Source: Dendrobates tinctorius (Eukaryota). From it: 64,000 bases of DNA. Below the pieces are notes generated by a model. The model did no database searches. It saw nothing but the letters and a program-made list of their open reading frames with translations, and was not told where the DNA came from. Made by a program: the position numbers and the translations under genes. The first letter of the stretch is position 1; each line of letters begins with the position of its first letter. This document shows positions 57,101 to 64,000 of this stretch, one piece after another. The DNA lies in NCBI RefSeq assembly GCF_039654945.1, contig NW_027361684.1, forward strand, positions 75,206,001 through 75,270,000, written 5' to 3'.

Positions 57101-58986
57101 CCGTGTACTGGGAAAAAAAATAAATCATACTCAATTGTCCATCTGTTCTTCACCAGCACTGCTACTTTTTTCCTCGCTGGCAACTTTCTAAATGACAAAT
57201 GCATGTGTGGTGTGCTGATGTCATCAAGCCGCATGCACCTGGTTCAGAGAAAGTGCTGGGCAGGAAGCTGGAAAAGATTCCTGCAACTTCACTGCCATTT
57301 TCTCCTGTAGGCAGCAGAGCTGCAGGATCGCTCCCTGCCTAGCAAATCACATTTGATGTTTGCAATCTGGCCATGGACCCTCCAGAGCCTTGGGCTCCGA
57401 GCAACAGGAAATATTGCTCTAATTATTACCACCCTGCAATGGCCCCCCTCCACCTCCGAGCCCTGATGCAGCTGCACCAAATATTTGTTTGCCCCTGCTC
57501 TCAGACTTGCAATAGATGCATGGATAGGATTTCAAAAAGTACTGACTTTAGAAAAGTTATTTGTCCCAATAACAAATTATGCTATGGCAATCCATGAAGG
57601 TAAAGTCCGCAGTGATCTATGCACAAATGCTGGAACACCTTTTTTTAAGCTGGTAAACATGTTGATAATCATTTTGTTCAGTAGTACTGGACTATGTTTT
57701 ATTGAATTGCTTAATCCCTATCTGTTTAATGCCATAATCTAAACAATTTTCTGATATAGTTAAAAAAAATCCATATTATTCCCTAATAACACTATCTACT
57801 GCTTTTCTGTTTGTTTCACTTCCTTTTTGATGAGGCTTCCTTTGAGAATCCCAGTACATGGTGGAATACTCAAAGGAAGTGTCATTAAAGGACAAAGCTG
57901 TGGTCGCTGCCACAGCCCTAGCCCTCTTCCTGAAACGAAGCATCATCAGGGACTGGGATAGTCCATGTGCAATGTATACTGTGTGATGTTCGCAAGACAG
58001 CTTTCTCTCTCACAGGCTCATATCAGCATAATGAGCCAGCAACAGAGTGCACTGTCATTGTGCGTTTTCAGAATAATGTTTAAATACCAGTGCCACCACT
58101 GCAAGTGATGTCACTAGTCTCTATACTCCTGATCTGAGTCAGCAACAGTGAGTGATTTGTCATTTGCACATCACACAGTGCACAATGCACTGCGACTAGC
58201 CCAGCCCCTGAAACGAGCATCACTGATGCTTCGTTTTAGGGAGAGGGCAGGGGCTGAGGTTGGGTCTGTGACCGCAGACTTTGCCTCCTGATTACACTTC
58301 ATTTGAGTATCCCAGCATGCACTGAAATTCTCAAACAAAGCAGTATCAGAAAGGAAGTGCAAAAAAGAAGGAAAAAAAAAAAGCAGTTAGAGTAGTTATT
58401 GGAGGTTAGCGAATTTTTTGTTCATATATATTAGAAAATAGTTTTGATTATGGCACTAAATAGATGATTTAGAAGGAAAATTACTTTGAACTTCGGACCA
58501 CCCTTTTAATTACAATGCAGTGAAAAAAATTTCTAGATTTGTGTCTGTGGTTGAAAGCTTATTTAAAATCTGTACAGCAACATGCAGATTGCTGATTGGT
58601 ACATGATGACAGCGGAAGTTCATATTACCAAGCAGTCTAATAAATTCTTCATTACTGCTGCTGACCTCAAAGAAGAACTTCCAAGCTAATCTTGGTTGAT
58701 TCTTAGGGAGGAGCAAACCCACACTGGAAAGATCGGGGTCCGTACTGAACACCTAGCATCCTTTACCAAACTCCCAACACGGACATTTTACTGTAAGTCC
58801 GGTTTCCTGTCCAGGTTCGCTAGTCTAAAAAAGCTTGTTAAAAGGCTTCAACACAAACAATCAACATGCTTTTAGACTGTGGGCACTTCCTGAGCCATTA
58901 CAACCATACTAAGTATTGACATGTAATTCAGCCTGTATAAAAGCCGGATCACAAGTGCTGCCACCATCATGCTCTCATTAGTGCAG

Positions 58987-59430
58987 GTGTAGTAATTGCA
59001 GGTACGCGGGATGCAGTGACGAGGCAGGAGACGGTAGGAACTTTAAAATGTAACTTTTATATACATATATATGCCTATAGTGGCTATCTCGAGCAGCCAA
59101 ACAAGTTATCCTCGCAGGGATCAACAAAAGAATACACTGGTAACACAAACACGACTAACCCGTGCAAGACCGGTCACTATAGGGCCGCGGTATGGCCGAC
59201 TACGGGTCCAGAATGTTAACTACAACATGTCACTTATCCTCTCTGACTTCCAGCAGAGCGATGGTCGATGATGCTTTGGTGTATCAGCCGCTGGGCCCAG
59301 CCGACGAGGATCTGGCAGAGACTTCCGGCGTTCCTACTCCCCAGCGAAGTGGGGACACAGGAGGCCCCTGAAGAGTTCCTCTGTGTCACACCTCCTGGCG
59401 GAGGTGCAAACCACGGGTAGGGGCACCACC
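58987..59430. mobile_element. Truncated LTR-like sequence abutting the Penelope element
   Basis: Begins TGTAGT; other end not in window or lost. Confidence 0.4.
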
Positions 59431-60036
59431 ATCAATGAATAATATAGTGGGATCCAACCCAGCCCATTCAAAGAGAATGTATATACAAGACCAAAGAAAC
59501 AGGGATGGGCTATATGCGGGGGATCACCACAGACAATAATTCGGCTTTTAGGTAGACAGTTTTATTGAACATGTATAGACCACACATAGGTTAAAAACAT
59601 AAAAAAGTCACACATGTGACTTGACAAAGACAAACTGGCTCACAATAGAACCCACACCCTATAGGTACCCTCCACAAGAGACCTGTCTATATATAAACAG
59701 CATACCAGTTGGTGGATGGATGTGGTGATTTGAGATGGAATAAGTGGGCTTACAATAATGCCCGTCTATCTGAAAAGAAGAAAATCACCGTTATACAGAT
59801 AACAATGTACTCCCTAAAATAGGTTCCATATGTATGACACATCACCGTAATCCACAATGCCCATCAAAGAAATATGTATGCGTATGCCCATGAATGAATA
59901 AGTATATCCTAAACCCCATATAGGGGACGACAAGGCACAACACCAATGATAGGTGGAGACAAAAGCCCCATGAATGTTGATATATCAAATAGCATTAAAA
60001 TACAAAGCCCATGTGGAGTGACCTGGGGAGAGAAGA

Positions 60037-60079
60037 TACCCGACGCGTGTCGCCACCCGCAGTGGCTTCATCAGGGGTA
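60037..60079 (-). ncRNA. Minimal type I hammerhead ribozyme (core variant)
   Basis: Minus strand: UACCC CUGAUGA A GCCAC UGCGG GUGGC GACA CGCG UC GGGUA. Confidence 0.8.
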
Positions 60080-61765
60080 CTGAGTGCAGCTATAGCACGT
60101 CATTAAATACATGAAGTTTGATGATTAGTGACGCACAGCTGCGTCGCTTACCAGGCTAACATAGAAGAAGATAGGCATCTTGTAGACACAGGCGCCGGTG
60201 ATCAGCCGTAATCAAAAAGCCCTGCACAAGCGCCGGCATGTGGCAACCGGAAGTCCGTCACAACACCTGAGTGCCATGTGAGCCGGTATGTTTGATCACT
60301 GCGCATGCGCCGGCGTACGATAACAGGAAGTGAATCACCGATCCCAGTTGCCATGTCGACCCATACACAGGGTCACTGCGCATGTCTCAAGACATATAAT
60401 CGCATCAATAACCAAACAGCGGCGGATGTGAAATAGTAAATTCCATTAATCTAAATTAACAATTATGCGCATACATAAACCACCAGCATAGTTTTATTTG
60501 AAAAAAACACACAATAACTATATGTATATATAATGCCTATCCAGACCCACAGGAAATGAACACTAGTTCGTTGCTGGCATACAATAGCAGGAAGTGAGTC
60601 ACAGATCACAATTGCCGTGTCAACCCATACACAGGGTCACTGCGCATGTCTCAGGCCATACAATCGCATAAATGGCCAAACAGCGGCGTATATAGAATAG
60701 CAGATTCCGTTAATCTACATTGGCAATTATGCACCTATATAAGCAGCTAATAAAAAGGAATATCTTTATTTGAAAAAAACATTAGCTACACATGTATATA
60801 GCGCCGGCTCATATTAACAGGAAATGAACATCAGTTATCATGTCAACCCATGCATAGGGTCACTGCGCATAGCAGAGAACGGATAATCGCATCAGAAATT
60901 GCCGTAATTTAATTGACACCTATGCGCATGCTTGAACATCTTGTACGAACAGCATGTAATTGTGAACAGACATTGACCAGATATGTATAAGTATAACGCT
61001 CAAATAGGCCATCGGGCATAGCTGGAATGCCCCACAATGCACATGCACCAAAAAGCCAATACAATTGAAAAGTGCGCAGATCGATTACACATAAATGTGC
61101 TGCCCCCTTGACAATAAACATCGTAAAATATACAAATGAATGTAGCATTAAATGGTCATAATCAAGAATGTTGTTCACATTTCGACAAGAAACAATATAT
61201 ATGAACTCGACAATATCCCATCGTAGGAAGAGACTTTCGAGTATCATAAAAATAAATCAATCAGCATAAATGTACGTTAGTTCATATTGCCTTACCCTAA
61301 TGGCAATAACTGAGGGCACAAACAACAATACTTGACCATAAATGGGGACAGTGTGTACAAACCAAAAAATGACAGCATTCAATGAAACCAAAATGTACAA
61401 AGTCTCAAAGACATATGTATAGGTAAATATAGAATGTCATAAAGACCAGAAATTCCATTCAAGGTAACAATGTTGTTTAAAGGCAGTCCCAAACTGCACA
61501 TTTATAAATTTATAAATTGTGTCGCCCCCATGTCAATGAAGGTGTATACTAGGACGAGGGCTGATCAATAGATATGGTTCAATAGTCCTAAACACTGAGC
61601 ATTTCCATAAAGGATGCATCATTAGGACTAAATCTATACCACAAAATAGAACCATTCAAGAAATAGAGAAAGCTGGTATGCTGTTTATATACACCCCCAT
61701 AATACAGTACTACCCCATATTTGAATAATGAAGCAGTCTTCAAGGTTTCAGGGTCGGAAAGAAAG

Positions 61766-63301
61766 TCAGTTCTGTTTGTAGAACCCCGTAAATAGTAGAT
61801 CCTCGTTCAGACCAACAGGGGCTAGAGAGTTAAGATTAAAAATCCATTTGGATTCTCTTCTGAGGAGCTCCAATGTAATGTCACCTCCCCTGATGTCCGG
61901 TTGCACGGATTCCAATCCCAAAATCCTTGTTCCATGCCACTGTGAGTTATGTACCGCAAGATAGTGTGAGGCGACTGACGTGAGAGTATTGCCCTTTTCT
62001 TTGTCCTTTTTAGCCGTAGTGATATTTGAAAAATGTTGCTGCATCCGCCTTCTCAGTTCCTGAGAGGTCTGTCCCACATATACCTTTGGACAAGGGCATA
62101 CAAGAGCATAGATAACAAACCTTGCTTTGCAATTGAAATAAAATGCAGACCTAATCTGGAAAGGAGAAAAAGGGAGAGTCACAAGGTTATCATTAGCCAT
62201 GTAGGGACAGATGTTACAATTTCCACAATGAAAAGTACCCCTTAACCGCGTGCCCCTATTGAGCCTGGTGACAGGGCGTCTAAAATGACTGTGGCTCAGA
62301 CAGTCTTTAAGATTTCTGGCCCTCCTAGCTACCAGACTTGGTGAGATAGAAATATGAGGCTTTAATCTTGGTTCGCTCAGAAGTATCCCCCAATGCCTAG
62401 AAAGGATATTTCTAATGTCACGCCACTGATTGTTATAGGCAGTTATTATACCCAAAGGTTTGGGGGGATCCTTAATGCGTGGTTGTAAAAGCCTATTCCT
62501 GTCCAGATTTCTAGCCGTCCTGAAGGCATTAGAGATTACTTTTTTGGGGTATCCCCTATCTCTGAACCGACTGGTCAAATCACGTGCCTGGGTCAAGAAA
62601 TCATCTCTATTGCTACAATTTCTTTTAACCCGGAAAAATTGGCCTTTAGGGATACCGGTTTTCAAATGCTGAGGGTGAAAGCTTGTGAAGTGCAATAAGC
62701 TATTTGTAGATGTGGGCTTACGGTAAAGAGTTGTAGTGATCCGAGATCCATTGATGGAGAGTTTAAGGTCCAGAAATTCCACCTCATTTTGCGAAAGATA
62801 TGAAGTCAATCGGATGTTCCAAGGGTTGATGTTCAAGGAATCAATAAAGAGCCGGCAGTCGTCCACGGTGCCTGTCCAAAAAAACAGTATATCATCAATA
62901 TACCGAAACCAGTTGGTAATATGTTTGGAGAATGCCTCCATGCAGAACACCGTGGTGACCTCCCACCAGCCTAAAAACAGGTTTGCATACGAGGGCGCGC
63001 AACGCGCGCCCATCGCAGTGCCAGTAACCTGTCTATAGTGTACCCGATCAAAGACGAAATGATTTTTGTCCAAAACAAACAGAAGCAAATCCAATAGAAA
63101 GGAATCATGTTTTCTATCCCCTGAAGATTGCTGGTCCAGAAAGAAGGATACCGCTTGGATACCAAGATCGTGCCGTATACATGTGTACAATGATTCCATA
63201 TCTAATGTCACAAGCCACATGCCCGGCGTGACTATAAGATCCTGTACCTGCTGAATTAGATGAGTGGAATCTCTCACAAACGACTTAAGAGACATCACCA
63301 A
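61766..63301 (-). CDS. Penelope-like RT / GIY-YIG endonuclease, 5'-truncated, uninterrupted 511 aa
   Basis: TLDMESLYT, GTAMG, RYIDD, FLDL, LYRKPT; CGNCNIC; VIYALVCPCPKVYVGQT; GLN. Confidence 0.93.
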   Translation of the reverse strand: MVMSLKSFVRDSTHLIQQVQDLIVTPGMWLVTLDMESLYTCIRHDLGIQAVSFFLDQQSSGDRKHDSFLLDLLLFVLDKNHFVFDRVHYRQVTGTAMGARCAPSYANLFLGWWEVTTVFCMEAFSKHITNWFRYIDDILFFWTGTVDDCRLFIDSLNINPWNIRLTSYLSQNEVEFLDLKLSINGSRITTTLYRKPTSTNSLLHFTSFHPQHLKTGIPKGQFFRVKRNCSNRDDFLTQARDLTSRFRDRGYPKKVISNAFRTARNLDRNRLLQPRIKDPPKPLGIITAYNNQWRDIRNILSRHWGILLSEPRLKPHISISPSLVARRARNLKDCLSHSHFRRPVTRLNRGTRLRGTFHCGNCNICPYMANDNLVTLPFSPFQIRSAFYFNCKARFVIYALVCPCPKVYVGQTSQELRRRMQQHFSNITTAKKDKEKGNTLTSVASHYLAVHNSQWHGTRILGLESVQPDIRGGDITLELLRRESKWIFNLNSLAPVGLNEDLLFTGFYKQN

Positions 63302-64000
63302 TGGCTGTGAAATTGTAGCAATAGAGATGATTTCTTGACCCAGGCACGTGATTTGACCAGTCGGTTCAGAGATAGGGGATACCCCAAAAAAGTAATCTCT
63401 AATGCCTTCAGGACGGCTAGAAATCTGGACAGGAATAGGCTTTTACAACCACGCATTAAGGATCCCCCCAAACCTTTGGGTATAATAACTGCCTATAACA
63501 ATCAGTGGCGTGACATTAGAAATATCCTTTCTAGGCATTGGGGGATACTTCTGAGCGAACCAAGATTAAAGCCTCATATTTCTATCTCACCAAGTCTGGT
63601 AGCTAGGAGGGCCAGAAATCTTAAAGACTGTCTGAGCCACAGTCATTTTAGACGCCCTGTCACCAGGCTCAATAGGGGCACGCGGTTAAGGGGTACTTTT
63701 CCTTGTGGAAATTGTAACATCTGTCCCTACATGGCTAATGATAACCTTGTGACTCTCCCTTTTTCTCCTTTCCAGATTAGGTCTGCATTTTATTTCAATT
63801 GCAAAGCAAGGTTTGTTATCTATGCTCTTGTATGCCCTTGTCCAAAGGTATATGTGGGACAGACCTCTCAGGAACTGAGAAGGCGGATGCAGCAACATTT
63901 TTCAAATATCACTACGGCTAAAAAGGACAAAGAAAAGGGCAATACTCTCACGTCAGTCGCCTCACACTATCTTGCGGTACATAACTCACAGTGGCATGGA

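Larger units (their letters stand above)
59430..64000 (-). mobile_element. Young Penelope-like element with inverted 5' duplication
   Basis: RT + GIY-YIG ORF on minus strand; long 3' region with hammerhead; 63309-64000 is an inverted copy of 61931-62622. Confidence 0.93.

Noticed and set aside
57925-58245. CTGATGA / GAAAC motifs suggesting a hammerhead
   Set aside because: Order and stems do not form a hammerhead; more like the palindromic arms of a MITE
58588-58689. Protein-like frame IADWYMMTAEVH...FITAADLKEELPS*
   Set aside because: Weak splice acceptor, no identifiable homolog; may be chance or a transposase relic

Overview
Eukaryotic, almost certainly anuran (frog) genomic DNA made up almost entirely of nested transposable elements; I could not identify a host protein-coding gene. 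It contains: solo LTRs with 5-bp target-site duplications (TSDs); a non-autonomous two-LTR element (4-bp TSD, tRNA-Ser-type primer site); at least six Tc1/mariner copies (DD34E, one DD35E, and a mariner foldback); TTAA-flanked T2/Kolobok-type, TWA-flanked Harbinger-type and 8-bp-TSD hAT-type MITEs; CR1, L2 and L1 LINEs; and a very young Penelope-like element (RT + GIY-YIG) with an inverted 5' duplication. Highlights: (1) two divergent L2 LINEs share a conserved N-terminal leader ending in a 2A-like ribosomal-skip motif (GDISPNPGP) fused in-frame to the APE endonuclease; (2) a minimal type I hammerhead ribozyme with a core GAAA->GACA substitution in the Penelope 3' region; (3) foldback structures and deep nesting. 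Coordinates were read by eye; boundaries without a TSD are approximate.
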